In this document: positions 1 through 13,420 of the stretch, one piece after another
Numbering within the stretch: position 1 is the stretch's first letter
How the letters are laid out: each line of letters begins with the position of its first letter
From: Anaeramoeba ignava BMAN
Lineage: Eukaryota > Protista > Anaeramoebae
Direction: 5' to 3'
Assembly: GCA_028826165.1 (NCBI GenBank)
Contig: JAPDFW010000103.1
Coordinates: forward strand, 496,001-560,000
Length of the DNA stretch: 64,000 nucleotides
Program-made: the position numbers and the translations under genes
Notes under the pieces: model-generated
The model's database searches: none
Told to the model about the DNA's origin: nothing
Seen by the model: only the letters and a program-made list of their open reading frames with translations

Positions 1-978
1 AAATTATCCACTTCAACCACCAAATATAAGATTTTTAACTCCAATTTATCATCCAAATATTGATGAGTAAATTAAATTAAATTAATTTTCATTTTAAAAT
101 TAATTTTGATTTTAAATTCATTTTCATTTTAAATTGATTTTCAAATTAAATTAATTTTGATTTTAAATTAATTTTCATTTTAAATTAATTTTGATTTTAA
201 ATTTTTAGTCAAGGAAGAATTTGTTTAGGTTTATTTCCTTTTTAAAATTAAAGAAAATTTTCTTTTAAAAAAAAAAGTGGAACAAAAAAATTTTTTTTTT
301 CTTCTTTTTATTTTCTTTTAAGATACTTTAAAAATGGCAGGAAAAAATAGAGAAGGAGGTTGGAATTGTGCTTTATCAATTGGAACTTTGATTCAAATGG
401 TTCGTTTATTACTTGAAACTCCCAATCCTGATGATGGATTAATGTTAGAATCTGTAAAATTCAAATTAAATTCTTTTATTTTTTTTAAATTTATTTAGTT
501 TATTTTTTTTTAATAATTTATCAAGTCAAAAGAATTTGTTCAAAATAGAGATCTTTTTAATCAAAAAGCTAGAAATTTTACTATATCACATGCAATAAAC
601 AATAAATCAAATTTAAATAAATCAAATTTAAATCAATCAAATTTAAATAAATCAAATTTAAATCAACCAAATTTAAATGAATCAAATAAAAATGAAACAA
701 ATTTAAATAAATCAAATTTAAATCAATCAAATTTAAATCAATCAAATTTAAATCAATCAAATTTAAATGAAACAAATTTAAATAAAACAAATTTAAATAA
801 ATCAAATTTAAATCAATCAAATTTAAATAAATCAAATTTAAACCAATCAAATTTAAATCAATCAAATTTAAATCAATCAAATTTAAATAAATCAAATTTA
901 AATCAATCAAATTTAAATCAATCAAATTTAAATCAATCAAATTTAAATGAATCAAAATTAAATCAATCAAAAATTTAA
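1..978 (+). CDS. UBE2T: Ubiquitin-conjugating enzyme E2, UBE2T/UBC37-like (5' part outside window; exons ~1-66, 209-228, 323-453, 526-978)
   Basis: Manual splicing at GT-AG sites gives NYPLQPPNIRFLTPIYHPNIDD-QGRICLD-TLKMAGKNREGGWNCALSIGTLIQMVRLLLETPNPDDGLMLES-SKEFVQNRDLFNQKARNFTISHA. This has the HPN motif and catalytic Cys and resembles UBE2T (PNPDDxLM). It continues in frame into SNLN(Q/K) repeats to TAA at 976-978. Confidence 0.8.
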
Positions 979-1010
979 ATAAATCAAATTTAAATCAATC
1001 AAATTTAAAA
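598..1010 (+). repeat. 15-bp coding tandem repeat (AATCAATCAAATTTA), translated as the (SNLNQ/K)n tail of the E2
   Basis: About 25 visible units, in frame with the last E2 exon. Confidence 0.85.
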
Positions 1011-1318
1011 ATCAAATAAAAAAAAACAAAATCAAAGAGAAAAAGAAAAACACAATCAAAAACAAGAAAAAAAATCAAAATCAAAATCAAAATCAAAATC
1101 AAAATCAAAATCAAAATCAAAATTTTTCCAAAATCAAAATCAAAAAATTCGGAAAAAAAATAATCAAAAAAGAATTTTATTTTCTTTTTTTTTTTCCTTT
1201 TTTTCCATTCTTTTTGATTTTTTAATTAAAAAAAATTTAATTTTTCATTTTTAATTTTTCATTTTTCATTTTTCCAAATTTTTTTTTCTTTCTTTAAAAA
1301 AAAAAAAAAACAAACAAA

Positions 1319-4300
1319 ATGCAACATTTACTTGAAGGAATTCAAAATGAAGATATTTCTATTAAATATAATAGCATTATTGAATTAAATGAAAAGATTT
1401 GTCTTGCAACAGAAAAAACATTTCGTGGTTTTTCTTTAGAAAAATTTGTACCTGCAATTGTTAATCTTATTGAATTACCAGATTCACCTGAAATTAGTTG
1501 TAAATATAATTTAATTTTTTTATTTAATTTTTTCAATTAATTTTTTATTTTAAATTAATTTTTTATTTTAAATTAATTTTTTAATTAGTAATTGCTTCTC
1601 GTACTCTTACAAATTTACTTGAAACTCTCCCTGATTCTTATCATATTATTTCTTCTTTAGCAATTGATGTTTTACTTTCAAAAATTTTATCTATTGAATA
1701 TCTTGATCTTGCAGAAATAGCAATAGATGTAAAATTAAAATTCATTTATAAAATTAAAATTAAAATTAAAATTCATTTATAAAATTAAAATTGAAATTAA
1801 AAATTAAAATTCATTTATAAAATTAAAATTAAAATTAAAATTCATTTATAAAATTAAAATTAAAATTAAAATTAAAATTAAAATTAAAATTATAATTAAA
1901 ATTCATTTATAAAATTAAAATTAAAATTAAAATTAAAATTAAAATCAAAATTAAAATCAAAATTAAAATTAAAATTCATTTATAAAATTAAAATTCATTT
2001 ATTAAATTAAAATTAAAATTGAAATTAAAATTAAAATTAAAATTAAAATTAAAATTAAAATTAAAATTAATTTATAAAATTAAAATTAAAATTAAAATTA
2101 AAATTAAAATTAAAATTAAAAATTAAAATTCATTTATAAAATTAAAATAAATTAAAATTCAATTTAAAATTATAATTAAAATTAAAATTAAAATTCATTT
2201 ATAAATTGAAATTGAAATTAAAAATTAAAATTCATTTATAAAATTAAAATTAAAATTAAAATAAATTAAAATTAAAATTAAAATTAAAATTCATTTATAA
2301 AATTAAAATTAAAATAAATTAAAATTAAAATTCATTTATAAAATTAAAAAAAAGATAATTGAAAAAATATCAAGAAGAACCTTTAAAAGAATTTTAGAAA
2401 GTGGAGGAATGATTGCCTTACTTCAATTTATAGACTTTTTCCCATCAATTACACAAGAAAAAGCACTTTCAGCTATTGCAAATATGGCAAGAGAAATCCC
2501 ACAAAATTCTCTTGATAAAGTTACAGAAGCACTTCCTTTAATTATAAATCAATTAGAATCATCAAATAATAAAGGTTGGAATCAAATAATTTTATAAAAA
2601 AATAATTTTATAAAAAAATAATTTTATAAAAAAATAATTTTAATTTATTTATTAATTTGTTTGTTTTCATTTTGATTAGTTGTTGATCTTGCTTGTCTTG
2701 CAATATTTCGAATTAGCAAAAAGATAATATTTGAACCAACCTTTTTAACAATTTTATCGGATTCAAATTTATTAAAAAATATGGTTAATCTTCTTATTAA
2801 AGAATCACAAAATACTGGAACAATAAAATCAACTACATTTGCTTCAGTTGCAAGTTTTATCAATGATTTATGCTCAATTAATCCATCTATTGTTAAAATT
2901 TTATTTGAAATGGATCTTTATAATATTCTTAAAAAAATATTGATTGGCGATTCTTCACAAAATCAAATTGAAGATCGTAATTTATTAATATTTTAAAAAA
3001 AAAAATAAGCAATTTATTAAATATATTTTTAAAAAAAATATCAATTTAAATAGAATTTATAGATAACACAAATCTTGCGAATTCACCATCAAAGCAAATG
3101 ATTAATATTCCATATACAAGAAGTACAAATCAAATTTTTCATATCATTTCTCTTATCGAAGCTCAATTACCATTAATCCCACAAAATGTCATATCCAAAG
3201 AAATTTGGGATATAATACAAGAAGAGAATGAAATCAAATCGGAAATTCATTCAAATATTCTCGATCTTAAACAAGCAGAAAATTTACAAGCAGCTCATAT
3301 TGAATTAATTACAACTAGTCCAGAAATCCCAGAAAATTTAGCAGCAAATTTATTAGAGCCATTGATAATCACATTTACAAACTCAGTGGCGCCAGCATTA
3401 AAAAGAAAATGTCTGGTTTCATTGTTTAAAATGATTCACTTTAATTCACAAGAAAAACTCAAACAATTAGCTTTGCCTTTATTGAATTCGTTTTCTACAT
3501 TAATTTCTGAGTTGATTACTCAAAGAAAAGACCATATCCAAATTGGATTTGGGATTTTGCTTTCCCATTTGTTTTGCGAAAAATTACCGGAAATGTTTTG
3601 GAACATTTTTCAAAGAGATGGAATTTTTTATGAGTGTGAAAATCTTCTTAGTGTAACAAAAGAATGGATTGTTTCAAATGAGCAAAGCATTACTGATTTC
3701 AAAAAAGGATTGGAAATTCAATTGGAAAACGACAAAAACGAAATTGAAGAATTGAGAAAAGAAAAAGAAAACAAAGAAAACAGAAAACAAGAATTGCAGC
3801 AATCGTTCCAGAAACGAAAAGAAGAAATAGAAAAGGAAATGGAAGAATTCAAATCCAAAAACAAAGATGAGGAAAGTATTATTGAAGCAAACCGACAAAA
3901 CGAGCAAGAAATCAAGAAGTTAAACCAAAATATAACAAGAATCAGCAATCAGACCAAGTCAATCATACGCGCAATTTCAACCAAAACCAGAAGCATTTCT
4001 CAAGTGAAGGAAAAGCTTGAAAAATATACTCGTGTTCTTGAGAAATCCCAAATGAAAAAACTAGATTCAATGGATCAAGAAACAAATCAAAATATGGACC
4101 AAGAACCAATTAATGAAGATATGAAACAAGACTTGTTTTCTGATGATCAAGACGAAACAGATATAAAAGACTCATTCCAAGAAGAAAAAACTCGAAAGCT
4201 CGAATTATTTCGGATTTTGAGAGAAAAAGATCAACAATTTCTACTCGAGCATCGCGATGAAATTGAGCAAATGGTCGGTGAATTACCAAGATATGGAGAT

Positions 4301-7300
4301 GAGAACTTTTCCTTTTCTTTTTCAAAACCAAAAGAGCTAAAAAGAATTGAAAAACCAGCGCCCAAGGATGAACTTATTCAGAAGAAAATTATTGACGATT
4401 GGATTTTATTTACAACCCAAATATTTCTTGATAAATTTTTCTCTGATGAATTGAAAAAGAAATTTGGAGTTCAAGACTTGGGGTTGGAAAAGTTCAAACA
4501 ACTTGGGAAAGAATTGGTATCTGATAACAATAATAGTTTAGCTATTTTAAAAGAAATTGCGGATATTTTTCGCAAACATTCAAAATCTACATTCGAAATT
4601 CTTCAAAGTGGAATTATCCCATCTCTAATTCGCTATTTGACTCTTCCTCGGGAAATACAAGATATCACATCAAATACAGAAGATGTGGAGTTGGCTTCCA
4701 AGTTGCTTGATAATCTGGAAAAGTTTCACTCAACATTTTTTTATATTCCACAAGAGGAAAAAGTAATTATTGAAAATGAACAACAAGACAATCAAGAGAA
4801 TTTCAAAGAACGAGTGCCGATTATTGAAATGATTCGGCAGCTCCAAGAAGTCTTAAACAAAGTGGAGGATTTCCCATCAGAAGTTGATCCGCAATTTTCA
4901 TTCCATTTGGCAAGAAAACCGTTGAAAATTATGTTTGAAAAATCACCCAATGAAAAAACATTGAAACCACTTGGAAATGGATTTTCTACGTTTGATCCAT
5001 TGATAACAACAAATATTCTAGAAACAATTATTTGGGGAAAAGTGCGATTACCTATTGATGGATCTTTGCCTTATATTGATCCTGAAATTCTTGGCTTCGA
5101 AGAAAAGCAGCACAATCAACTATTCGAAGTTGATCCTGATGAAGTTCATTTGTCAGATCATCCTTTTTATAACCGTGAAAGTTTCCTTGATTTTAATTTG
5201 ATTAGTAGTAGCTTGGGAATCATCAAGCAAGATCCAAGTTATTTGGATAGCAATCGATATGAAGATCAATATCGTCCATATTCATATTTTAATCAATATT
5301 CAAAAGGTCCTTTTTCGATGCAAAGTGAAGATAAGTTTGAAGATTTATTCAGTATCAAATCAAAATTTGGAGAAAAGAATCAAGAGAAAGCTAAAATTAA
5401 AAAGTTTATGATTCGCAAGAAATTAAAATCATTGAAAAAGATGAAAAAGAAAATGAATAAAGAATATCAAGAAAGTGATTCAATTTCAATCACAAGTGAA
5501 AGTATAAGCAAAAGTACCAGTAAAAGCAAAAGTGAAAGTAAAAGTAAAAGTAAAAGTAAAAGCAAAAGTAAAAGCAGTGATGATGAATTTATGCTTATTG
5601 AACCAATTAAAAAAGAACCAATTAAAAAAGATAAAATTAAAAAAGATAAAATTAAAAAAGAACCAATCAAAAAAGATAAAATCAAAAAAGATAAAACCAA
5701 AAAGGAGAAAATCAAAAAAAAACCAATCAAAAAATATCACAAAAAATACCACAAAAAATTTGATGATAAAAAAGAAAAAAAATATGTTTCTCCGTTTCTT
5801 AAAGAACCAAAAAGTAAAGTTGAAAAGAAAGAACAACAAATTAAAATGGATGAAGATGACAACCAAAACTCAGAACAAAAAGCACTAAATAGTCAAGAAA
5901 AACAACAAGAATATATTTCCGAACTTGAAAAGTATGAAAAATTATTCCCAATAAACCAGAATAACCACAGATATCATGCTTTACAACTCTCATATATGGG
6001 GAAGAAATTGGATTATAATAAAGGATTATTTCAACAAATTTTTAAAATTTGGAGACAAAATCATGAGAAAGGAGTAGTGATTGGAAATTTATGGAAAGAA
6101 ACTATTGTTATTCGATATCAACGATTGTATCCATTTTCAGAAAGAATGGTTGAGTTGATGAAAGTTCAAGAACAAAATGCACAAAAGATGCAAATTGATT
6201 CAAAAAAAGAAATTTTGGAAAAGAAAAATGAAGCCAAAATTAAAATTAAAAACAAAAACAAAAACAAAAACAAAAACAAAAGTAATAAAAGAAAAATTGA
6301 AGACAATCAAGAGAATGTTGCGGTGAATATAAATAATAGCAACGAAAAAACGCAATTTTATGGAACAAAAGTTCCCGAAATTATTCAAATTTTATCCGAT
6401 CGCAAATTAAGAAGATTAGAATTTCCCGATTCGGATTTGAGATGTTTAGAGGCATTGGAGCTATTGTGGATATTGGAAACCATCAACCGACTTTATTCGC
6501 AAGAAATTGAGTCTGGAAAATCCGTGAAAGCAAGTGGTGTTCAAGTTCCACAAGAAGAATTTATTTCGCTAAGATTAACAGCAAAATTTACGCGACAAAT
6601 CGAAGACCCATTTATATTATTTTGCAACGCAATTCCATTTTGGTGCACGCAAATGATGCACAAAGGATATCAGTTTATGTTTCCATTTGAGAAAAGATTG
6701 CGCTATTTTTATGCGACATCCAACGAACCTTATCATTCTATGAAGCAAGTGATTAGCAATACAGAAAAATATGCACATCAATTCCGAAACATTAAATTGG
6801 GAAGAATCCCAAAATTCAAAGTGAAGGTATTGCGGAATAGAATTCTAGATTCTGCAATACGAATCCTTAATTCCCCACGAGGAATCGGCAGATCTTTACT
6901 TGATGTGGAGTATTTCGGAGAGGCTGGATTTGGATCCGGACCTTCCCAAGAGTTTTTCTATCTTGTATCAAGGGAATTGAGGAAGAAAAACTTGAAAATA
7001 TGGCATGATTCATCTTTCCAGAAGAACAAAAACGAAGAGAAAGATGAGGAAGAATATGTGGAATCACCAAACGGATTGTTTCCGAGATCGATATTTTCCC
7101 ATGATTCTCAGAAAATAATCTCAAATGACGAGCAAAACGAGAACCAAAAAATTGCAGATACATTTGAATTTATTGGGAAATTTGTCGCGCGAGCAATCAC
7201 AGATTCAAGAGTGACCGAGTTGCCTTTTTCGCAGGCTTTTTTCAAGGCAATTCTCGGGAAGGAGCTTGGATTCTCAGATCTCCAATCACTCGATCCTGAA

Positions 7301-7999
7301 TTTTCCAAGGCATTAAAGGAATTAAGCGATATATCGGATCAGTACAAAAAAACTGGCAACAAAAATATCATGTATAAAAACGCAAAATTTGAGGATCTTT
7401 TTATCAATTTTGTTCTTCCTGGGAACGATACTGAACTCAAACCAGGAGGCAAGGATATCTTTTTAAATCTGGATAATATCGATGAATATATTGATTTGAT
7501 TATCCGCGCAAGATTGAAAGAAGGAATATATAAGCAAGTTGCAAGTTTTGTAAAAGGATTCAATCAAATATTTCCGATTAAAAATCTGCGCGTTTTTTCG
7601 TTTGAAGAATTTGATGTTCTTTTGAATGGAAGTGTTGAGCAATGGGATGAGAATTTAATCAGAAAAAACATCAAATGCGCACATGGATATACAATTGAGA
7701 GTCGTGTTGTCGGTTATTTAATACAATTTATGGCTGATATGAGTCCTTCTCAACAAAGAAAATTTCTTCGTTTTATCACAGGAAGTTCTCGTTTGCCTGT
7801 TGGTGGGATTGCTAAATTAAACCCTCTTTTGACTGTTGTTAGACTTAGTGTCGAAAATATGAATCCTGATAATTATCTTCCTAGTGTTATGACTTGCGCT
7901 AATTATCTTAAAATTCCTCAGTATTCTTCAAAGGAAATTTTTCTTCAGAAATTTCAAATTGCTATTTCTGAAGGTCAATCAAGTTTTCATCTTTCTTAA
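1319..7999 (+). CDS. TRIP12: HECT E3 ubiquitin ligase, TRIP12/UFD4/UPL3 family (N-terminal ARM repeats, C-terminal HECT); 5 exons
   Basis: Exons 1319-1499, 1589-1728, 2355-2574, ~2680-2976, ~3055-7999 join at GT-AG sites. The N-terminus (IASRTLTNLLETLP...IEYLDLAE) matches TRIP12 ARM repeats. The C-terminus has LDVEYFGEAGFGSGPSQEFF, YLPSVMTCANYLKIPQYSS and terminal SFHLS. Confidence 0.92.
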
Positions 8000-8265
8000 A
8001 CTAAACAACTAAAGCATTAAAACATTTTTTTCAAAATAAAACAAGCAATAAAAGAAAGAAAAAGAGAATTTTGATTTTTATTAATTTTGATTTTTATTAA
8101 TTTTAATTTTGATTTTGATTTTTATTTTAATTTTGATTTTGATTTTGATTTTGATTTTAATTTTAATTTTAATTTTGATTTTAATTTTAATTTTAATTTT
8201 AATTTTGATTTTAATTTTTAATTTTAATTTTTAATTTTAATTTTAATTTTAATTTTAATTTAATT

Positions 8266-9267
8266 TTAATTTAATTTTTCGAAAAGATATTGTAAAGATG
8301 AAGTTAATTGAAAAAATTCTGAAACATCAGAAAGTTCTTCTTTAATTGATTTAGAAATTTCATTAGGAATTTTATCAGTATAAAATGAATCCAAAAAGAT
8401 ATGAAAAGCTTGAGAAGTTTTGTTTGTTGTTTCAGGAACAGATTCACTATTATCAACAACACTTTCAAACATATGACGATATAATTCACTTCTTGCTGCA
8501 AGAATGATTTTATGAGTTTTCACAAGTTCTCCATTAGAAAGAATAATTGTAAAATCTTTTGAATTTTCATCTTTAAGAAGACCTGAAATATCAATATTAA
8601 ATTTTGCAATTGAAATTTCCTTTTCAAAATTTGTAAATCCAATTTTAGAAGCAATTTTCTTTCCTTTTTCTTCTTCTTTATCATTCTCAAAAAATCCGCA
8701 ATAAATCCATCTCATAAAAGGTTCCAAATCGCTTTTAGTTTCTTCACCCAAAAACGCACAAAAATTCTCAAAATGTGATCCAAGTCGAATTTTGCAAATA
8801 AGTCGGTTTAAAGTAAAAATGCCATCCAAACAAGAAATTGAGAAATCTGTTTGAATTTTTGACTGGTAAACATTAAGAAAATCATTTGCTAATCCAAAAG
8901 AATAAGGTTTTTTCATGACCCCCCTAAAATCTAAAGGACCTTCTCCAGTATTTTGAATTGAACCAATAAAAAGTGGACCGATTTGAGGTTTTTTAAAATA
9001 ATAAACGGAATCTTCTTTCATTTTGAACGTGATTGAACCGTTTGTACTTGCTCCAGTGCAATATGCATTTGGTTCGTTTGGATCTCTTTTCCAAATGATT
9101 TTTTCTTCTTCCATTGTTATGTTTCTTACTGGTTTTTGATTTACAAAGATTTTCCCATTATCAGTGTATATTTCTACTTCTAATGAACCTCTCCATATTC
9201 CATGCATTCCTCCCCATTTGTAATTGCATTCATAAACTCCATAATATTCTGGTTTTAATTTAAACAT
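8266..9267 (-). CDS. BTB/POZ-domain protein (intronless) with an unrecognised ~120-aa N-terminal domain
   Basis: 333-aa ORF with DFTIILSNGELVKTHKIILAARSELYRHMF...FHIFLDSFYTD (BTB) and a degenerate upstream BTB-like segment (TDFSISC...LNRLICKIR). Confidence 0.8.
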   Translation of the reverse strand: MFKLKPEYYGVYECNYKWGGMHGIWRGSLEVEIYTDNGKIFVNQKPVRNITMEEEKIIWKRDPNEPNAYCTGASTNGSITFKMKEDSVYYFKKPQIGPLFIGSIQNTGEGPLDFRGVMKKPYSFGLANDFLNVYQSKIQTDFSISCLDGIFTLNRLICKIRLGSHFENFCAFLGEETKSDLEPFMRWIYCGFFENDKEEEKGKKIASKIGFTNFEKEISIAKFNIDISGLLKDENSKDFTIILSNGELVKTHKIILAARSELYRHMFESVVDNSESVPETTNKTSQAFHIFLDSFYTDKIPNEISKSIKEELSDVSEFFQLTSSLQYLFEKLN

Positions 9268-9489
9268 TTTTTGTTATTGTTTAAATTGTAAAAAAATGAT
9301 TTTTTGAAAATAAAAAAAATTTTTTTTTTTCTCCTTTTTTTTTAAGAATTTTTTTTCAATTAAGATTTAATTATAAAAAAAGCAAAATTTGATCAAATTT
9401 TTTAAAATTAGAAAATGATTTACTCAAATTTTAAAAATTATTCAAATAATAAAAATTTGATTTGGAATTTCCAACCAATAGAGATTAAA

Positions 9490-12400
9490 TTTTTCCATTT
9501 ATTTTAATTAAATTTATTCCATTTAAATTATATTTATTACATTTATTTTGAATTAAATTCATTCTACTTTTTAATTAAATTTATTCCATTTATTTTAATT
9601 ATTTTTAATTAAATTTATTATATTTATTTTAATTAAATTTATTATATTTATTTTAATTAAATTTATTATATTTATTTTAATTAAATTTATTATATTTATT
9701 TTAATTAAATTTATTCCATTTTTTTTAATTAAATTTATTCTATTTATTTTAATTAAATTTATTATATTTATTTTAATTAAATTTATTAAATTTCTATTTA
9801 TTTTTTAATTAAATTTATTCTATTTATTTTAATTAAATTTATTATATTTATTTTAATTAAATTTATTCTATTTATTTTAATTAAATTTATTCTATTTATT
9901 TTAATTAAATTTATTCTATTTATTTTAATTAAATTTATTATATTTATTTTAATTAAATTTATTATATTTATTTTAATTAAATTTATTCCATTTATTTTTA
10001 ATTAAATTTATTCCTATTCTTTTAATTAAATTTATTTTATTTATTTTAATTAAATTTATTATTTATTTTAATTAAATTTATTTTATATTTATTTTAATTA
10101 AATTTATTATATTTATTTTAATTAAATTTATTTTATTTATTTTATTTATTAAATTTATTTTAATTTTATTATATTTATTTTTAATTAAATTTATTCCACT
10201 TTTTTAATTAAATTTATTATATTTATTTTAATTAAATTTAATTTTTTTAATTAAATTTATTATATTTATTTTAATTAAATTTATTCCACTTTTTTTTTAA
10301 TTAAATTTATTCCATTTATTTTTAATTAAATTTATTTAATTAAATTATTTATTTTTTAATTAAATTTATTCATATTTAATTTAATTAAATTTATTTTTTT
10401 TAATTAAATTTATTCCATTTATTTTTAATTAAATTTATTCCATTTTTCTTAATTAAATTTATTTATTTATTTTTATTTTTAAATTTATTCCTATTTATTT
10501 TAATTAAATTTATTATATTTATTTTAATTAAATTTATTCCACTTTTTTTAATTAAATTTATTCCACTTTTTTAATTAAATTTATTATATTTATTTTAATT
10601 AAATTTATTCACTTTTTAATTAAATTTATTCCATTTATTTTAATTAAATTTATTCTATTTATTTTTAATTAAATTTATTCCATTTACTTTTTAATTAAAT
10701 TTATTCTATTTATTTTAATTAAATTTATTCCATTTATTTTAATTAAATTTATTATATTTATTTTAATTAAATTTATTCCACTTTTTTAATTAAATTTATT
10801 CCATTTATTTTTAATTAAATTTATTCTATTTATTTTAATTAAATTTATTCCATTTATTTTAATTAAATTTATTCTATTTATTTTAATTAAATTTATTATT
10901 TATTTTAATTAAATTCATTCTATTTATTTTAATTAAATTTATTCTATTTTTTTTAATTAAATTTATTATTTAATTTTATTATTTATTTTAATTAAATTTT
11001 ATTTTTTTATTTATTTTAATTAAATTTATTATATTTATTTTAATTTAAATTTATTATATTTTTTAATTAAATTTATTATATTTATTTTAAATATTTATTC
11101 TATTTATTTTAATTAAATTTATTATATTTATTTTAATTAAATTTATTCCACTTTTTTTTAATTAAAATTTTTAATTAAATTTATTATATTTATTTTAATT
11201 AAATTTTGATTAAATTTATTATATTTATTTTAATTAAATTTATTCCATTTATTTATTTAAATTAATTTATTTTTTATTTTATTTTAATTTTAAATTTATT
11301 ATATTTATTTTAATTAAATTTATTATATTTATTTTAAATTTCCATTTATTTTAATTAAATTTATTACATTTATTTTAATTAAATTTATTATATTTATTTT
11401 AATTAAACTTATTCCAATTTTTTAATTAAATTTATTCAATTTTTTTTAATTAAATTTATTATATTTATTTTTTTAATTAAATTTATTCCACTTTTTTTAA
11501 TTAAATTTATTCCATTTATTTTTAATTATATTTATTCCATTTATTTTAATTAAATTTATTATATTTATTTTAATTAAATTTATTCCACTTTTTTTAATTA
11601 AATTTATTCTATTTAATTTATTTATTTTTTATTTTTAATTAAATTTATTATATTTATTTTAATTAAATTTATTCTATTTATTTTAATTAAATTTATTCTA
11701 TTTATTTTAATTAAATTTATTCTATTTATTTTTTAATTATATTTATTCTATTTATTTTAATTTATTTATTTTTTTAATTAAATTTATTTATTTATTTTAA
11801 TTAAATTTATTCCACTTATTTTAATTAAATTTATTTTATTTATTTTAATTATATTTATTCTATTTATTTTAATTAAATTTATTATATTTATTTTTTAAAT
11901 TTATTCCACTTTTTTTAATTAAATTTATTCATTTTTTTAATTAAATTTATTATATTTATTTTAATTAAATTTATTCCACTTTTTTAATTAAATTTATTCC
12001 ATTTATTTTAATTAAATTTATTCTATTTATTTTAATTAAATTCATTATATTTATTTTAATTAAATTTATTCCACTTATTTTAATTAAATTTATTATATTT
12101 TTTTTAATTAAATTTATTATATTTTTTTTTTATTAATTTATTTATTTATTTTTAATTAAATTTATTATATTTATTTTAATTAAATTCATTCCACTTTTTT
12201 TAATTAAATTTATTCCATTTATTTTTAATTAAATTTATTCCATTTATTTTAATTAAATTTATTCTATTTATTTTAATTAAATTTATTCTATTTATTTTAA
12301 TTAAATTTATTATATTTATTTTAATTAAATTTATTCTATTTATTTTATTAATTTTTCCAAATATTTATTTTAATTAAATTTATTCTATTTATTTTAATTA

Positions 12401-13325
12401 AATTTATTCCATTTATTTTTAATTAAATTTATTCCATTTTTTTAATTAAATTTATTCCACTTTTTTTAATTAAATTTATTATATTTATTTTAATTAAATT
12501 TATTTATTTATTTTTTAATTTAATTAAATTTATTCCACTTTTTTTAATTAAATTTATTCTACTTATTTTAATTAAATTTATTATATTTATTTTAATTAAA
12601 TTTATTATATTTATTTTAATTAAATTTATTTTAATTTTTTTTAATTAAATTTATTCCACTTTTTTTAATTAAATTTATTATATTTATTTTAATTAAATTT
12701 ATTCCACTTTTTTTAATTAAATTTATTCCATTTATTTTAATTAAATTTTATTATTTATTAAATTTTTAATTTAAATTTTATTTTTATTATATTTATTTTT
12801 AATTAAATTTATTATATTTATATTTTTTTTAAATTTATTATATTTATTTTAATTAAATTTATTCCATTTATTTTAATTAAATTTATTCCAATTTATTTTT
12901 AATTAAATTTATTCTATTTATTTTAATTATATTTATTCTATTTATTTTAATTAAATTTATTCCATTTATTTTAATTAAATTTATTATTTTATTTATTTAT
13001 TAAATTTATTTTTAATTATATTTATTCTAAACATTTTAATTAAATTTATTCTATTTATTTTAATTATATTTATTCCACTTATTTTAATTAAATTTATTCT
13101 ATTTTAATTAAATTTATTCCATTTATTTTTAATTAAATTTATTATATTTATTTTAATTAAAAATTTAAATTTATTCTATTTATTTTAATTAAATTTTTAG
13201 ATTTTTTTAATTAAAACACTTTTTAATTAAATTTATTATATTTATTTTTAATTAAATTTATTCCATTTATTTTAATTAAATTTATTCCACTTTTTAATTG
13301 AATTTATTCTATTTATTTTAATTAA
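9490..13325. repeat. ~3.8-kb 24-bp satellite (AATTAAATTTATT[CCA/CTA/ATA][T/C]TT[A/T]TTTT) between divergent genes
   Basis: Directly visible tandem units with CCAC/CCAT/CTAT/ATAT variants. Confidence 0.92.
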
Positions 13326-13420
13326 AAAGTATTGTTGTAAAAAGAAAAATTTTTGATTTAAAATTTTGAACCAAATAGAAAATGAGTTAAAACAAAGAAA
13401 TTAAATAAAAAAAACAAAGA

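Noticed and set aside
581-970. 129-aa minus-strand ORF (IDLNL repeats)
   Set aside because: Antisense reading of the 15-bp coding repeat of the E2 gene
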